A DNA stretch of 64,000 bases from Desulfuromonadales bacterium (GCA_046483795.1 JAWOCM010000040.1:1803-65802), one strand, 5' to 3'; shown: positions 40,528 through 52,315, numbered from the stretch's first letter. Numbers and translations: made by a program. Notes: generated from the letters alone by a model not told the origin.

Positions 40528-43283
40528 TGGCGAAAGTACGGGTTTACGAACTGGCACAGAAACTTGGGCTGGACAATAAAGAATTGATAGAACGCCTTAA
40601 ATCGAAGGGCGTGGAGGTGAAAAGCCATATGAGCGTCGTTGAGGAAAATGACGTCAAGGCTTTTGAAGACGCTTCCACAGCTGGGGGCGATACCGATCAG
40701 ACGGTGGAGCGCGTCGAAGAGAGGCGCATCACGGACGGAATTATTCGTCGACGTCGCAAAGAGGTTGCCAAGCCGCCTGCCGATACGCCACCCCAAGAAC
40801 CGGAGGCCGAAGGGGTCCCTGCTCAGGCAAAAGTGGCAGAAGAGCCCGTCGAGGAAGTCGAAACGGCAGTCTCGGAGCCTGCGGAAGAAACCGCAGGCGA
40901 AGAAGAGGCCCCTGTTGCTGCCGAGAGGGCTGAGAGCCGTGCGGAGAAACCTGAAGCGGCCGCCCCTGAAGCCGAACGGGAAGAGCCCGTCGCGAAGGCC
41001 GAAACCGCACCTGCAGAGGCCCCCGCCGAAGAAGCGCCCCGAACGGTTGAGAAAGAGCAGCAGAAATCGGAGAAAAAGCCCGCCGGCGAAGCTGTAGAAA
41101 AACCCAGGGAAGAAAAGCCTCAGAAAGCGACGGCCAATCGAGCCAAGATCCTCGGCCGTGTCGAGCTGCCGAAGGTCAAGCCCAAGCCCGAAAAAAGCGA
41201 ACGCCGCGATCAGCCCCGCCGCCAGGAACGCAAGCCCGTTGCAAAGCCTGCCGCCCGCAAGGCTCCCGAGGCTCCGGCAGCTCCAACGATTGCTCCCGGA
41301 GACGCGCCCATTGCCGACAAAGAAGGCAGAAACCGCCGGAAAAAGAAAGCCAAGGGCACCGAGAGTGTGGACCGGGAAGTCCGTGGAGGCCGCCGGACCA
41401 AACGCGATCGCATGGAGGTTTTCGAACCGGAGCGCGGCGGCCGGGGACGGCGCCAGAAAAAGGGCGGGAAGAAGGATCGTCAGCCCAAGCAGGAGCAATC
41501 GGTTATCACCAAGGCCGTCAAGCGCATCATTCGCATCAGCGACACCATCACCGTCGGCGAACTGGCCAAGCGGATGGGGATCAAGGCGAACGAACTGATC
41601 AAGGAACTCATGCGTCAGGGCCAGATGGTCACGATCAACCATCCTCTCGACTTCGAATCGGCCGCTCTTCTGGCGTCGGAATTCGGCTATGAGGTGGAAA
41701 ATGTGGCCTTCGACGAGGACGTGGCTCTCGAGCATACCTCGCTCAAGGGGGCCGAAGAGAAGCCCGAAGATCTTAAGCCGCGACCGCCTGTTGTAACGAT
41801 CATGGGTCACGTTGACCATGGCAAGACAAGCCTTCTCGACGCTCTCAGGGCCACGGATGTGACTGCCGGTGAAGCCGGAGGCATTACCCAGCATATCGGT
41901 GCCTACGATGTGCAGCTTGCGGACAGGCAGATTACGTTCCTCGACACCCCGGGTCACGAGGCTTTTACGGCCATGCGTTCCCGTGGCGCCGATGTGACCG
42001 ATGTCGTCATTCTTGTCGTTGCTGCAGATGACGGCGTCAAGCCGCAGACAAAAGAAGCGATTAATCATTCGAAAGCTGCCGGAGTCCCCTTGATCGTTGC
42101 CATCAACAAGATGGACAAGCCGGAGGCCAATCCTGAGCGCGTCAAGCAGGAACTGACCGAATTCGAGCTGGTTCCCGAGGACTGGGGCGGAGAGACGATC
42201 TTTGTCGAGGTTTCGGCAAAGGCCAGGATGAACCTTGAGCAATTGCTCGAGATGATCCTTCTCCAGGCGGACGTCCTTGAACTCAAGGCCAATCCCGACA
42301 AGCGGGCCAGGGGGGCGATCGTAGAGGCCCGCCTGGATCGCGGACGCGGCCCAGTGGCCACCGTATTGGTTCAGGAAGGCACCCTGAAGGTTGGTGATCC
42401 CATCGTCGCCGGGGTCCATTCCGGTCGCGTCCGATCGATGACCGACGACAGAGGACAGGCCGTCAGGGAGGCTGGTCCGTCTTTCCCCGTCGAGGTGACC
42501 GGCCTGGACGGTGTTCCCGAGGCGGGAGATACCTTTCACGCCGCCGAGGGCGAAAAGGTTTCCAAAGAGGTTGCTCAGCATCGTCAGCAGAAACTGCGCG
42601 AAGCCGAACTGGCCAAGACGAGCAAGATATCCCTGGAGCAGCTCTACGCCAAGATCCAGGAAGGCGACGTCAAGGAGCTCAACGTCATCATCAAGGGCGA
42701 TGTTCAGGGTTCGGTCGAGGCTCTGACGGAATCCCTCACCAAGCTTTCGACCGATGCCTGCCGGCTCTCTGTCATTCACTCAGGCGTCGGCGGGATTATC
42801 GAGAGCGATGTCAGCCTGGCGACCGCTTCCGAAGCCATCATCGTTGGTTTCAACGTGCGCCCGGAACCCAAGGCGAACACCCTCGCCGATCGCGAGGGCG
42901 TCGATATCCGGCTCTACAATGTCATTTACGATGCCGTTGATGATGTCAGGAACGCCATGGAGGGACTGCTGGCCCCCACACTTCACGAAAAGCCCCTCGG
43001 CCGTGTCGAGGTGCGCGATACATTCCATGTTTCGCGGGTCGGCACGATTGCCGGTTGTTATGTGCTCAGCGGCAAGGTTGTCCGCGGCGCCAACGTTCGG
43101 CTGGTACGGGACAACGTGGTCGTCTGGGAGGGCAGGATGGATTCCCTCAAGCGCTTCAAGGACGATGCCAAAGAAGTCGCTGCCGGTTACGAGTGCGGCA
43201 TCGGCCTGGAAAACTACAACAACATCAAGGTCGGCGATATCATCGAAGCGTTCGAAATCGAGGAAGTCAAAACGGTACTTTAA
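40527..43283 (+). CDS. infB: Translation initiation factor IF-2
   Basis: [40 protein letters not shown]. Confidence 0.99.
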   Translation: MAKVRVYELAQKLGLDNKELIERLKSKGVEVKSHMSVVEENDVKAFEDASTAGGDTDQTVERVEERRITDGIIRRRRKEVAKPPADTPPQEPEAEGVPAQAKVAEEPVEEVETAVSEPAEETAGEEEAPVAAERAESRAEKPEAAAPEAEREEPVAKAETAPAEAPAEEAPRTVEKEQQKSEKKPAGEAVEKPREEKPQKATANRAKILGRVELPKVKPKPEKSERRDQPRRQERKPVAKPAARKAPEAPAAPTIAPGDAPIADKEGRNRRKKKAKGTESVDREVRGGRRTKRDRMEVFEPERGGRGRRQKKGGKKDRQPKQEQSVITKAVKRIIRISDTITVGELAKRMGIKANELIKELMRQGQMVTINHPLDFESAALLASEFGYEVENVAFDEDVALEHTSLKGAEEKPEDLKPRPPVVTIMGHVDHGKTSLLDALRATDVTAGEAGGITQHIGAYDVQLADRQITFLDTPGHEAFTAMRSRGADVTDVVILVVAADDGVKPQTKEAINHSKAAGVPLIVAINKMDKPEANPERVKQELTEFELVPEDWGGETIFVEVSAKARMNLEQLLEMILLQADVLELKANPDKRARGAIVEARLDRGRGPVATVLVQEGTLKVGDPIVAGVHSGRVRSMTDDRGQAVREAGPSFPVEVTGLDGVPEAGDTFHAAEGEKVSKEVAQHRQQKLREAELAKTSKISLEQLYAKIQEGDVKELNVIIKGDVQGSVEALTESLTKLSTDACRLSVIHSGVGGIIESDVSLATASEAIIVGFNVRPEPKANTLADREGVDIRLYNVIYDAVDDVRNAMEGLLAPTLHEKPLGRVEVRDTFHVSRVGTIAGCYVLSGKVVRGANVRLVRDNVVVWEGRMDSLKRFKDDAKEVAAGYECGIGLENYNNIKVGDIIEAFEIEEVKTVL

Positions 43284-43295
43284 CAGGACCATCGC

Positions 43296-43583
43296 ATGGT
43301 TGTCGGAGTACTTCAGGTCGAACTGACATTGCACGGCGTGCGCAGTCTGAAGGAGAAACGCGGCTCGGTCCGCCGCATTATCGGACGATGCCGCGAGCGC
43401 TATCCGGTTTCAGCTGCTGAGGTCGACGACCATGATGTTCTGCAGAGTGCGGTTCTTGGATTTTCCATGGTGTCTGTCGACCAGGCCAGTATAGACAGGG
43501 TCTTCCAGAAGGTCGAAGGACATATCGAGAGCCTCGGACTGGCCGAAATCAGCGGAATTCGGCCCGAATTCCTCCATTATTAA
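43296..43583 (+). CDS. DUF503 (YlxP-like) protein
   Basis: [16 protein letters not shown]; conserved position between infB and rbfA. Confidence 0.88.
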   Translation: MVVGVLQVELTLHGVRSLKEKRGSVRRIIGRCRERYPVSAAEVDDHDVLQSAVLGFSMVSVDQASIDRVFQKVEGHIESLGLAEISGIRPEFLHY

Positions 43584-43594
43584 GAAGAGTCGAT

Positions 43595-43975
43595 TTGGAA
43601 TACCAGCGTTCACGCCGTATTGGCGAACAGATACACAAAGAAATATCATCCCTCCTCATCAAAGGGGTCAAGGACCCTCGGCTTGAGTTCGTGACGATCA
43701 CGGCGGTCGAGGTGACTCCCGATCTCCATCTGGCCCGCATTTTCTATACCGTACGGGGATCCGAAGACGAAGCCAGACCCGCAGCGGCAGCAGGCCTGAA
43801 AAAGGCCACGCCCTTTTTTCGCAGAGAACTGGCACGAAGGATACGAACCCGCTATATGCCGGATCTCCTTTTTGTCTACGACTCCTCTCTTGAGTACGGC
43901 AACCGCATCGAATCATTGATCGAGCAGGCCAAAACGGACCAAAGTGATGTTCAAGCCGATTCTGACGAGGATTGA
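43595..43975 (+). CDS. rbfA: Ribosome-binding factor A
   Basis: [32 protein letters not shown]. Confidence 0.96.
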   Translation: MEYQRSRRIGEQIHKEISSLLIKGVKDPRLEFVTITAVEVTPDLHLARIFYTVRGSEDEARPAAAAGLKKATPFFRRELARRIRTRYMPDLLFVYDSSLEYGNRIESLIEQAKTDQSDVQADSDED

Positions 43976-44909
43976 AACCGCTCAGCGCTTCCTGGTCTGT
44001 TCTCACGGCAGCCCCGATGGTGACGCTATTGCGTCCTCTCTCGCCCTGCGTCTGGTCTTGCAGGAGATGGGTAAGGAAGTCGTCGTTTTCAACATCGATG
44101 GCGTTCCGGGTCCTTTTAACTTTTTACCTGGAGCTGAAGCCGTCGTTACAGACCTCGACGGCGAAAAGCCTTTCGATCTCGGCTTCGTTCTCGATGCCGG
44201 CGACCTGCAGAGGGCCGGGGGCGATGCGATTCGGAGTCGCTGCGACTCCCTGGCCAACATCGATCACCATCCCCATTCTGAAGAATTTGGTGAATTCCAT
44301 ATTGTCGATACAGGCGTCTGCGCCACCGCCGTCCTGATCTATCGGTTGCTCAAGGAGGCCCGTCACCCTCTGAGTTCCGGCATCGCTGTCTGTATCTATA
44401 CCGCCATATTGGCGGATACAGGGTCGTTCCGCTATTCGAACGCCAACCCTGAGGCTTTTTTTGTCGCCGGAGAAATGGTGTCAAAAGGCGTGGATGTCTG
44501 GGGCGTTGCAAGTGCTCTGTTCGAAACCCAGGAAGAAAAACGCCTGCGCCTTCTGGCGGAAGTTCTTCAGACCCTCGAAGTGTCCTCCTGCGGGCGCTAC
44601 GCATCCATCTGCTCAACCCTCGATATGATGCGACGCACTGGGTCCGGCCCGGAACATACCGACGGATTCATCAACTATCCGCGCTCCGTTTCCGGAGTTG
44701 AAGTCGCGATATTCTTCCGGGAGGTTGCGGATTTGAAGTTCAAGGTCGGATTCCGTTCAAAGGGAAAGATCGATGTTGGCGAAGTGGCGCGGCTTCTGGG
44801 TGGCGGCGGGCATCACAATGCGGCAGGCGCTGTTGTCGAGGGCCCCTATGCCAGTGTGAGAGGGATGGTTTCCGATCGAATTGCCGAAATGCTGGATGGT
44901 CGATCTTAA
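43947..44909 (+). CDS. DHH/DHHA1 oligoribonuclease-PAP phosphatase (NrnA-like)
   Basis: [22 protein letters not shown]. Confidence 0.92.
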   Translation: MFKPILTRIETAQRFLVCSHGSPDGDAIASSLALRLVLQEMGKEVVVFNIDGVPGPFNFLPGAEAVVTDLDGEKPFDLGFVLDAGDLQRAGGDAIRSRCDSLANIDHHPHSEEFGEFHIVDTGVCATAVLIYRLLKEARHPLSSGIAVCIYTAILADTGSFRYSNANPEAFFVAGEMVSKGVDVWGVASALFETQEEKRLRLLAEVLQTLEVSSCGRYASICSTLDMMRRTGSGPEHTDGFINYPRSVSGVEVAIFFREVADLKFKVGFRSKGKIDVGEVARLLGGGGHHNAAGAVVEGPYASVRGMVSDRIAEMLDGRS

Positions 44910-44912
44910 TCG

Positions 44913-45827
44913 ATGGATGGCCTTCTGATTATCGACAAAAAAGAGGGGATGACATCCCACGACGTTGTCAGCTGTGTCCGCCGGCTCCTCAATATTCGCC
45001 GGGTGGGTCACACCGGGACCCTCGATCCGCTGGCGACCGGCGTGCTTCCGGTTGCTGTCGGCCGGGGGACGCGTCTGGTTCAGTTTTTCCTGGAATCGGG
45101 TAAATCCTACCGTGCAACACTGAAGTTCGGTGAATCAACCGATACACAGGACAGCCAGGGCGAGATTCTGGAACGGCGGTCCGTCGACGGACTTTCGAGC
45201 GACAGGATCCGGCAAACTGTTGCTTCCCTTGTCGGTTCCGGCGAACAGATCCCGCCCATGTATTCCGCTCTCAAGAAGAACGGTGTCCCTTTGTACAAAC
45301 TCGCCCGACAGGGAATTGAGGTTGAACGCGAGGGACGGTTGATTCATATTGACAGAATCGATATCATAGACATTGATTTGCCTTGCATGACTATAGAGGT
45401 TGATTGCTCGAAAGGGACCTACATAAGGACCCTTTGCCATGATATCGGCATGAAGCTCGGCACAGGAGCTCATCTCACCGCCTTGCGGCGAACCCGGACC
45501 GGCCCCTTTGACGAGAGTTCGGCGGTTACGCTGGATACCCTGGCCGATCTGGTTGAAAAAGACAAAGAACTGCCACTGCTGTCGATGCGTGACGCGCTTG
45601 TCGGTTGGAAGATCCTGCAGGTCGGACCCGAAGGTCTGCAAAGGCTTGCCAACGGCATACCGCCCTTGGGGGAACAGATCTCTGGTGCCCCCGCCGTCGA
45701 TTCCGGGGATCTCGTCGCGCTGGTGGATGATGGACATCTCTTTGCCGTGGCTCGTTATGCTCCGGAACGCGAAAAGGAACAAAGGGGGGACTTTGAATTG
45801 TTGCGAGTCTTTCCCGACGGTATTTAA
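44913..45827 (+). CDS. truB: tRNA pseudouridine55 synthase
   Basis: TSHDVV, GHTGTLDPLATGVL, QIPPMYSA, CSKGTYIR. Confidence 0.98.
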   Translation: MDGLLIIDKKEGMTSHDVVSCVRRLLNIRRVGHTGTLDPLATGVLPVAVGRGTRLVQFFLESGKSYRATLKFGESTDTQDSQGEILERRSVDGLSSDRIRQTVASLVGSGEQIPPMYSALKKNGVPLYKLARQGIEVEREGRLIHIDRIDIIDIDLPCMTIEVDCSKGTYIRTLCHDIGMKLGTGAHLTALRRTRTGPFDESSAVTLDTLADLVEKDKELPLLSMRDALVGWKILQVGPEGLQRLANGIPPLGEQISGAPAVDSGDLVALVDDGHLFAVARYAPEREKEQRGDFELLRVFPDGI

Positions 45828-45942
45828 CGGGAATGCCTTTACACGGTTCATGTTCCTGTGATAATAATTCAGGGTTCATCAAGGAATGTCTTTCTTGAAA
45901 AAGAATGACGATAGAAACAATTTGAGAAAAGGAGGTGGCCTA

Positions 45943-46209
45943 GTGTCAGCCACGGAACGCAAGCAGGAAATCATCGAAAAATTCAAAACCCATGAAGGAG
46001 ATACCGGTTCTCCAGAGGTGCAGATCGCTCTTCTTTCCGAGCGGATCACATACCTGACCGAGCATTTCCGCAGTCACAAGAAAGACCATCATTCCCGACG
46101 TGGTTTGCTGAAAATCGTCGGCCAGCGTCGTCGAATGCTGGATTATCTGAAAAGCAGGGATGTCGATCGCTACCGTACGATCATCAAGGAACTCGGTATC
46201 CGCAGATAA
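45943..46209 (+). CDS. rpsO: 30S ribosomal protein S15
   Basis: [23 protein letters not shown]; GTG start after AGGAGG. Confidence 0.98.
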   Translation: MSATERKQEIIEKFKTHEGDTGSPEVQIALLSERITYLTEHFRSHKKDHHSRRGLLKIVGQRRRMLDYLKSRDVDRYRTIIKELGIRR

Positions 46210-46210
46210 A

Positions 46211-46262
46211 CAGGAGCAGCAAGCTCTTCCAGGACGGAAGGGTACGCTGCTCCTGGTTTTTT
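46211..46262 (+). terminator. rpsO terminator
   Basis: CAGGAGCAGC...GCTGCTCCTG followed by a T-run. Confidence 0.75.
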
Positions 46263-46355
46263 GGAGAGGCATTGGAGGCTGTCCGGAGAGAGGGGCTGTG
46301 CCGTTGCTCGGCAGGTACAGGTCTTGTCTCAGGCCAACCTCCATATGCCTTTTTT
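46263..46355 (+). promoter_or_regulatory. Long stem in the pnp 5'UTR (probable RNase III processing site)
   Basis: GAGGCATTGGAGG...CCTCCATATGCCT ~90-nt irregular hairpin, in the position of the classical pnp leader. Confidence 0.6.
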
Positions 46356-46425
46356 GCGTCGATATGATGCAAAAATCAAACACAGGGCGCCTGCGATGTC
46401 GGGTGCCCCAGGCAAGGAGTCAAAA

Positions 46426-48525
46426 ATGTCATATCAGAAGGTAGAAGTTGAATTCAACGGACAGCCGTTCGTCCTGGAGACAGGCAAGATGGCCCGTCAG
46501 GCCGACGGTGCCGTGGTTGTGACCTACGGAGAAACGAAGGTGCTGAGCACCGCCGTTTCTGCCCGACACGCTCGCGAAGGCCAGGCATTTTTCCCGCTGG
46601 TCGTCAATTATCAGGAAAAATTCTACTCCGCCGGCAAGATTCCCGGTTCTTTTTTCCGTCGTGAACGGGGCGCCACCGAACGCGAAACGCTCATCTGTCG
46701 CTTGATTGACCGGCCGATGCGCCCGCTCTTCCCGAGCGGCTACATGTTCGAGACCCAGATCATGCCGACGGTCGTCTCCGCCGACATGGAAAATGATCCG
46801 GATACACTGGCCATGGTCGCAGCCTCAGCGTCTGTTGCGGTCTCCGATATTCCCTTTGAAGAACCAATCGCCGCCGTACGCGTCGGCCGGGTGGACGGCA
46901 AGCTGATTGCCAACCCGACCAACGAACAGCGTGAGCAGAGCGATATAGAAATTATCGTTTCCGGTTCCAAGGACGCGGTCATGATGGTCGAGGGCGAGTC
47001 CAGGTTCGTTCCCGAGGCGGAGATGCTCGATGCCATTTTCTTCGGGCATGAGGCATTGCAGCCGCTGATCGATGTGCAGGTCGAGCTGGCCAGGCTGGTC
47101 GGCAATGAAAAACGTGAATTTCAGCTGCCGGAAGTCGACGCTGAGCTCGAGGCCAAAGTGAATGACCTTGCCGAAGCTAAGATTCTGGATGCGGTCAAGA
47201 TTCAGAACAAGCAGGAGCGCTACGCCACGCTCGGTGCCATTCGCGACGAAGTCAAGGCACAGCTGGCCGAAGAATATGAAGGGCGCGAGGGCGAGATTTC
47301 CTCCCTGCTCGGTTCGGTCGAGAAGCGGGTGGTTCGCCAGATGGTCGTCAAGGACAGGATTCGCATCGACGGTCGTGATATGAATACCGTCCGTGCAATA
47401 ACCACAGAAGTCGGGACGCTTCCCAGAGCCCACGGCAGCGCGCTTTTCACCCGCGGCGAAACCCAGGCCCTGGTGACGGCCACCCTCGGCACGGCCACCG
47501 ATGAGCAGCGTATGGACAATGTCCAGGGGATGGAATTCAAGAAATTCCTGCTCCACTACAATTTCCCCCCGTTCTGCGTGGGTGAAACCAGCATGCGCCT
47601 TTTCCCAGGCCGTCGCGAAATCGGTCACGGGATGCTTGCCGAACGCAGCGCGGCACAAATTCTGCCCAAGCAAGAAGACTTCCCTTATACGATTCGCGTT
47701 GTCTCCGACATCCTCGAGTCGAACGGCTCTTCCTCCATGGCTTCGGTCTGCGGTACTTCCATGGCCCTGATGGATGCCGGGGTGCCTGTCAAGGAACCGA
47801 TCGCCGGCATCGCGATGGGACTGATCAAGGAAGGCGATGACATTGCCATTCTTTCCGATATCCTGGGCGACGAAGATCATCTCGGCGACATGGACTTCAA
47901 GGTCACCGGCAGCCCTGAGGGCGTGACCGCCCTGCAGATGGATATCAAGATCACCGGAGTGACCCGCGAGATCATGCGACAGGCCCTTGACCAGGCCAAA
48001 GAGGGCCGAATTCACATTCTGGGAGAGATGGCCAAAACAATCGATACCCCTCGCGGCGACCTGTCCAAATATGCCCCGCGTATTACCAGCATCAGGGTCA
48101 AAACCGACCAGGTTCGAACGGTCATTGGTTCCGGAGGCAAGAACGTGCGTGCCATTATCGAGGCAACCGGCTGCGCTGTGGACATCCAGGATGACGGCAC
48201 CATCAATATCGCTTCGGCCGATGGTGAAGCCGCCAAGCAGGCAATCAAGATGGTTCGCGATCTGACCCAGGAAGCCGAGGTCGGCAAGCTTTACGAGGGC
48301 AAGGTCAAGAAGATCATGGAATTCGGCGCCTTCGTAGAAATTTTCCCCGGTACGGACGGGCTGGTCCATATCTCAGAGCTGGCCAAGGAAAGGGTCAGCA
48401 ACGTGGAGGATATCCTCAAAGAAGGCGACGAAGTGCTTGTCAAGTGCATCGGTGTCGACCGTCAGGGCAAGATCAAGCTCTCCCGCAAGGAAGCTCTGGG
48501 GCAATCTTCTCCCGAGGAAGCGTAG
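46426..48525 (+). CDS. pnp: Polyribonucleotide nucleotidyltransferase
   Basis: [48 protein letters not shown]+S1; start MSYQK after AAGGAG. Confidence 0.99.
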   Translation: MSYQKVEVEFNGQPFVLETGKMARQADGAVVVTYGETKVLSTAVSARHAREGQAFFPLVVNYQEKFYSAGKIPGSFFRRERGATERETLICRLIDRPMRPLFPSGYMFETQIMPTVVSADMENDPDTLAMVAASASVAVSDIPFEEPIAAVRVGRVDGKLIANPTNEQREQSDIEIIVSGSKDAVMMVEGESRFVPEAEMLDAIFFGHEALQPLIDVQVELARLVGNEKREFQLPEVDAELEAKVNDLAEAKILDAVKIQNKQERYATLGAIRDEVKAQLAEEYEGREGEISSLLGSVEKRVVRQMVVKDRIRIDGRDMNTVRAITTEVGTLPRAHGSALFTRGETQALVTATLGTATDEQRMDNVQGMEFKKFLLHYNFPPFCVGETSMRLFPGRREIGHGMLAERSAAQILPKQEDFPYTIRVVSDILESNGSSSMASVCGTSMALMDAGVPVKEPIAGIAMGLIKEGDDIAILSDILGDEDHLGDMDFKVTGSPEGVTALQMDIKITGVTREIMRQALDQAKEGRIHILGEMAKTIDTPRGDLSKYAPRITSIRVKTDQVRTVIGSGGKNVRAIIEATGCAVDIQDDGTINIASADGEAAKQAIKMVRDLTQEAEVGKLYEGKVKKIMEFGAFVEIFPGTDGLVHISELAKERVSNVEDILKEGDEVLVKCIGVDRQGKIKLSRKEALGQSSPEEA

Positions 48526-48533
48526 TCAGTTCC

Positions 48534-49793
48534 ATGATCCGCAAAACAACCCTGGATAACGGTATCCGGGTTATTTCCGAAAAAGTCGAGGGAGTCCATT
48601 CGGTCTCCCTCGGCGTTTGGGTTGAAAACGGCTCCCGTCACGAATCGCCGGCGAACAACGGAATTTCCCATTTCATAGAACACATGCTTTTCAAGGGGAC
48701 GGCGAAACGTAGCGCCCAGGAGATAGCCCGCGAAATCGATTCGGTCGGAGGTCTGCTCAATGCCTTCACGAGTCGGGAGTACAGCTGTTTTTTTGCCAAA
48801 GTCCTCGGGGACAAGCTGACATTTGCCCTGGATCTTCTGTCCGATATCCTTCTCAACTCTGTTTTTGATTCCGAAGAACTTGAAAAAGAGCGCAACGTCA
48901 TCCTCCAGGAACTCCATATGACCTCCGATACGCCGGAGGATTATGTGCATGACCTTTTCTACGAAGCTTTATGGAAGGATCATCCACTGGGATCGCCTGT
49001 TCTCGGGACCCTGGATTCAGTTTCCGGATTGAAGCGTGACACCATTCTTGACGTATTGCGAAGCCGATACTGCGGGCAACGGATCCTCGTGACCGCTGCA
49101 GGCGATCTCGACCACAACGAGGTGGCCCGGGCGATAGATTTTGCCTTCGCCGAACTGCCCTGCGGAGAGAAACCTCTCGCAGGTCGCCAGCCTGTTTACC
49201 ATCCCCGCTTCAACGTTCTGGAACGGGATCTCGAACAGGTTCATATCTGTGTCGGAACGAGAAGTTTTCCTCAGAATCACGATCGCCGCTACGAAGCCTA
49301 TCTGCTGAATACCCTTCTCGGCGGCAGTATGAGCTCCCGGCTGTTTCAGGGGATACGGGAAGAGAAGGGGCTGGCCTACTCCATATACAGTTATCTCAAC
49401 TGCCACTCCGATGCCGGTGCGATGGTTGTATACGCCGGCACGTCGCCGGAAAAGGCCCATGAGGTTGTGGAGCTCGTTCTGACGGAAATGCACCGGCTGA
49501 AAAAGGAACCCGTTTCAGCAGAAGAACTCTGCCGGGCTCGGGATCAGTTAAAGGGGACGTTGTACCTCTCACAGGAAAATACCGATTACCGGATGACCCG
49601 CCTGGCCAAAAACGAGATCTATTTCGGCCGTCAGATTCCGATCGACGAGGTTGCAGCAGGATTCGACAGCGTCAGTGCGGAATCCCTGGTCGAGAAAACG
49701 CATCAGCTTTTCGAGGACGATTCGCTCAATATCCAGATGGTGGGGCGAGTCTCCCCCTTCGATTATACGTCTGCGAAGATGAGTCTTCCCTGA
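48534..49793 (+). CDS. M16 family zinc peptidase
   Basis: HFIEH (inverted zincin), NAFTSRE, MSSRLFQ.IRE..GLAY. Confidence 0.93.
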   Translation: MIRKTTLDNGIRVISEKVEGVHSVSLGVWVENGSRHESPANNGISHFIEHMLFKGTAKRSAQEIAREIDSVGGLLNAFTSREYSCFFAKVLGDKLTFALDLLSDILLNSVFDSEELEKERNVILQELHMTSDTPEDYVHDLFYEALWKDHPLGSPVLGTLDSVSGLKRDTILDVLRSRYCGQRILVTAAGDLDHNEVARAIDFAFAELPCGEKPLAGRQPVYHPRFNVLERDLEQVHICVGTRSFPQNHDRRYEAYLLNTLLGGSMSSRLFQGIREEKGLAYSIYSYLNCHSDAGAMVVYAGTSPEKAHEVVELVLTEMHRLKKEPVSAEELCRARDQLKGTLYLSQENTDYRMTRLAKNEIYFGRQIPIDEVAAGFDSVSAESLVEKTHQLFEDDSLNIQMVGRVSPFDYTSAKMSLP

Positions 49794-49817
49794 CAGGGGA
49801 CCGGGAGCGATGGAAAA

Positions 49818-50276
49818 ATGATGAAAGACATTGCAGTCAAGGTTCTGCGTTTACGACCCGACGCCCAGGTGCCAAGTTACATGACCGATCTGGCGGCGGG
49901 TATGGATCTCCATGCTGCTCTCGACAACTCGCTCTCTATCAGACCCGGTGAACGGGCGCTGATTCCGACGGGTATCGCCTTATCCCTTCCCCCCGGTTTT
50001 GAAGGACAGGTGCGTCCCCGCTCCGGGCTCGCCCTGAAAAGAGGAATCGGTCTGCTCAATTCTCCAGGGACGATCGATGCAGATTACCGTGGCGAAATTG
50101 GAATTGTTCTGATCAATCATGGTCAGGAGGACTTTGTGGTCGAACACGGGGACCGCATTGCGCAGCTTATTATCGGGCCGGTGTATCGGGCCCGCTTCGA
50201 AATCGTTGAAGATCTAGACGAAACCCGCCGAAGTCGCGGCGGTTTCGGTCATACCGGTACTTCAGTCCCCAGGTAA
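49818..50276 (+). CDS. dut: dUTP diphosphatase
   Basis: [34 protein letters not shown]. Confidence 0.97.
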   Translation: MMKDIAVKVLRLRPDAQVPSYMTDLAAGMDLHAALDNSLSIRPGERALIPTGIALSLPPGFEGQVRPRSGLALKRGIGLLNSPGTIDADYRGEIGIVLINHGQEDFVVEHGDRIAQLIIGPVYRARFEIVEDLDETRRSRGGFGHTGTSVPR

Positions 50277-50289
50277 TGGAAACAGTGCC

Positions 50290-50562
50290 GTGACGTCAGG
50301 ACCCAGTCAAAACGAAGTGATCGAATTCCCTTCCGATCATGTCTTCAAGGCCGTTGGAGACAACCGGGCGGGGTTCGTCTTTTCCGTTCACAGGGCTGTA
50401 TCATCGGTTGTACCCGCACCGCTCGATGCCCTGAAAACCCGGGAAAGCGCCGGCGGGAAATACATCTCCGTCAGTGTTGTCGTACGACTCGACAACCGGG
50501 ATCAGCTCGAGAGAATCTACGAGTCCCTGAAACAGATAGAGGGCGTCCGCTATCTTCTCTAG
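50290..50562 (+). CDS. DUF493 (YbeD-like) protein
   Basis: IEFPSDHVFKAVG, SAGGKYISV, IY..L...GVRYLL. Confidence 0.85.
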   Translation: MTSGPSQNEVIEFPSDHVFKAVGDNRAGFVFSVHRAVSSVVPAPLDALKTRESAGGKYISVSVVVRLDNRDQLERIYESLKQIEGVRYLL

Positions 50563-50702
50563 CTGATTTCACGTCGTTCTCCCCCGGACCCGTTGGTGAA
50601 TTTACGACGGGAAAGGATGTGGTAGAATGCTCTTTAGCAACTTGTGCGTTCATTCATACATTTGACAGACCGTGTTGAATTTTCCAAGGAAGGATGACCA
50701 GC

Positions 50703-51320
50703 ATGCTTTTGTCGATCAATCCGGAAAATCCGCAGATCCGCCTGATCCGGCAGGTTGTCGAGTCCCTGAAACAGGGCGGGGTCATCGCCTATCCGACCGA
50801 TACGACCTATGGTATCGGATGCGACATCTTCAACAAAAAAGGTGTCAAGAGGATCTACCAGATCAAGCAGCGCGAGGCGAAGAAACCCTTCTCGTTCATC
50901 TGCGCCGATCTCTCCGATGTCTCCAATTACGCCAAGGTCAGCAACTTTGCGTTCAAGACCATGCGGCGACATCTGCCCGGCCCCTATACATTTATTCTCG
51001 AATCGAGCCGGGTCGTCCCGGATCTCTTGACGACCAAGCAGAAAACGGTCGGTATTCGCATTCCCGATAACCCCATAGCACTGGCCATCGTGCGCGAACT
51101 CGGCCATCCATTGGTGACGACAAGCGCCAATATCTCAGGCTCCGATGTCATGCACGAACCGGGGTTGATACAAGATGAACTGGGGAGGCAGCTCGATTAC
51201 GTCATCGACGGCGGCATCCTGCAGGGAGACCCGTCGACAGTCATCAGTCTGGTTGACGACAAGGTTGAGGTGCTGCGTGAAGGGAAGGGCGATATCTCAT
51301 GGATTCGTCGGGAAGGATAG
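50703..51320 (+). CDS. Sua5/YciO-family threonylcarbamoyl-AMP synthase-like protein
   Basis: YPTDTTYG, IKQR, LPGPYTFIL, TVGIRIP, TSANISG. Confidence 0.92.
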   Translation: MLLSINPENPQIRLIRQVVESLKQGGVIAYPTDTTYGIGCDIFNKKGVKRIYQIKQREAKKPFSFICADLSDVSNYAKVSNFAFKTMRRHLPGPYTFILESSRVVPDLLTTKQKTVGIRIPDNPIALAIVRELGHPLVTTSANISGSDVMHEPGLIQDELGRQLDYVIDGGILQGDPSTVISLVDDKVEVLREGKGDISWIRREG

Positions 51321-51326
51321 GATGCC

Positions 51327-51737
51327 TTGATACCTCAGCTTCTCAGGTCCGTCTTTTTTCTCTTCCTTCTCTCCGGGATTTTGGGTTCCACCTGTCTGGC
51401 ACAGGAGAAGTTTGCCGGGACGGGCATCCAGGCGGTGCCGGTTTCAACCGGTGAGCTGGTTGTCCTGGATGTGGTTGCCGATTCTCCGGCGGCGCTGGCC
51501 GGTCTGCGTCCCGGAGACTTCATTGTAAAGGCAGACGATTTTGTTCTCAGGGGGAGCGATTTCGAACATGTCGTCCGCAACTACCTTTGGGGCAAGGCCG
51601 GAGAGGTCTTGACGGTGACTTATCTGCGGCCGGGCAGAGCAGGAGAATTCACGGCTGACCTCGAGCGTGAACCATTGACGGGGGAGGTCGAAAAGATCCC
51701 CGGCATCCGGATGATGGAACCGGAAACAGAGAACTGA
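51327..51737 (+). CDS. Exported single-PDZ-domain protein
   Basis: Signal peptide; FAGTGI, VVADSPAALAGLRPGD. Confidence 0.8.
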   Translation: MIPQLLRSVFFLFLLSGILGSTCLAQEKFAGTGIQAVPVSTGELVVLDVVADSPAALAGLRPGDFIVKADDFVLRGSDFEHVVRNYLWGKAGEVLTVTYLRPGRAGEFTADLEREPLTGEVEKIPGIRMMEPETEN

Positions 51738-51751
51738 CAGGAATTGTTATC

Positions 51752-52144
51752 ATGCAGCAAAAAGAAGTGAGCGTTGTTTTTTACAAGCCCGAATTTGTCA
51801 GAAAAGACTGGCACTATGATCTGGACGTCGCGACGCTTGCCTCCTTTTTCGACGAACTGGCCAGCGAGTTGTTCCCGCTCGGCGTCTCGTTGCGTTACTG
51901 GCGGGAAGATGATGTCTCCATCCCCGTAAAAGGTTACGGTGATCTTCTCAATTCGGTCCGAATCCGCTCCCCGAAAGATTCCCTTGCCAATTTATGTCTC
52001 GGTCATATCGTCGGCCAGAGCGTCAACGCCGATCTGGTGGAGGATATCAAGCGGGGGGTCAACCGCGTTGCTTTCGCTCCGGAGATGATCGAACCGCAGG
52101 GCAGCGACAAGATCGTTTGTCATAATTGCGGCTGCGGCTGCTGA
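51752..52144 (+). CDS. Hypothetical protein with C-terminal CHNCGCGC
   Basis: 130 aa, AGGA RBS, followed by a terminator. Confidence 0.78.
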   Translation: MQQKEVSVVFYKPEFVRKDWHYDLDVATLASFFDELASELFPLGVSLRYWREDDVSIPVKGYGDLLNSVRIRSPKDSLANLCLGHIVGQSVNADLVEDIKRGVNRVAFAPEMIEPQGSDKIVCHNCGCGC

Positions 52145-52174
52145 TTTTCCGATCGACAGGCAAGACCATGACCG

Positions 52175-52217
52175 AAAAGGCCTGAGCAGCCAGACTGCTC
52201 AGGCCTTTTTGTTTTTC
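52175..52217 (+). terminator. Intrinsic terminator
   Basis: AAAAGGCCTGAGCAG-CCAGA-CTGCTCAGGCCTTTTT. Confidence 0.85.
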
Positions 52218-52286
52218 TTCCATTCCGAGTCCCTTCCCCTTTCCATAACAGCGCAAGTTCTTTTCTGAATGCGAGTTCGTAACCTG

Positions 52287-52315
52287 TTGACTTGCGCAAA
52301 ACATACGCATATACT
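52287..52315 (+). promoter_or_regulatory. sigma70 promoter of the lexA cassette with a palindromic spacer
   Basis: TTGACT-17-TATACT; spacer reads TGCG-N9-CGCA. Confidence 0.7.

Noticed and set aside
40680-41500. Low-complexity Glu/Ala/Pro/Lys repeats
   Set aside because: Ordinary variable N-terminal linker of IF-2.
46261-46425. 55-aa N-terminal extension of PNPase in the ORF track (similar over-long starts for rpsO, mtaB, M16 peptidase, CDF, mnmA)
   Set aside because: The region is the structured pnp leader; homologous sequence and RBS begin at the downstream start codons used above.
52120-52175. Selenocysteine read-through of TGA after CGCGC (also after GCCGCH at 6836)
   Set aside because: No SECIS-like hairpin at the expected distance; at 52142 another in-frame stop and a terminator follow shortly.
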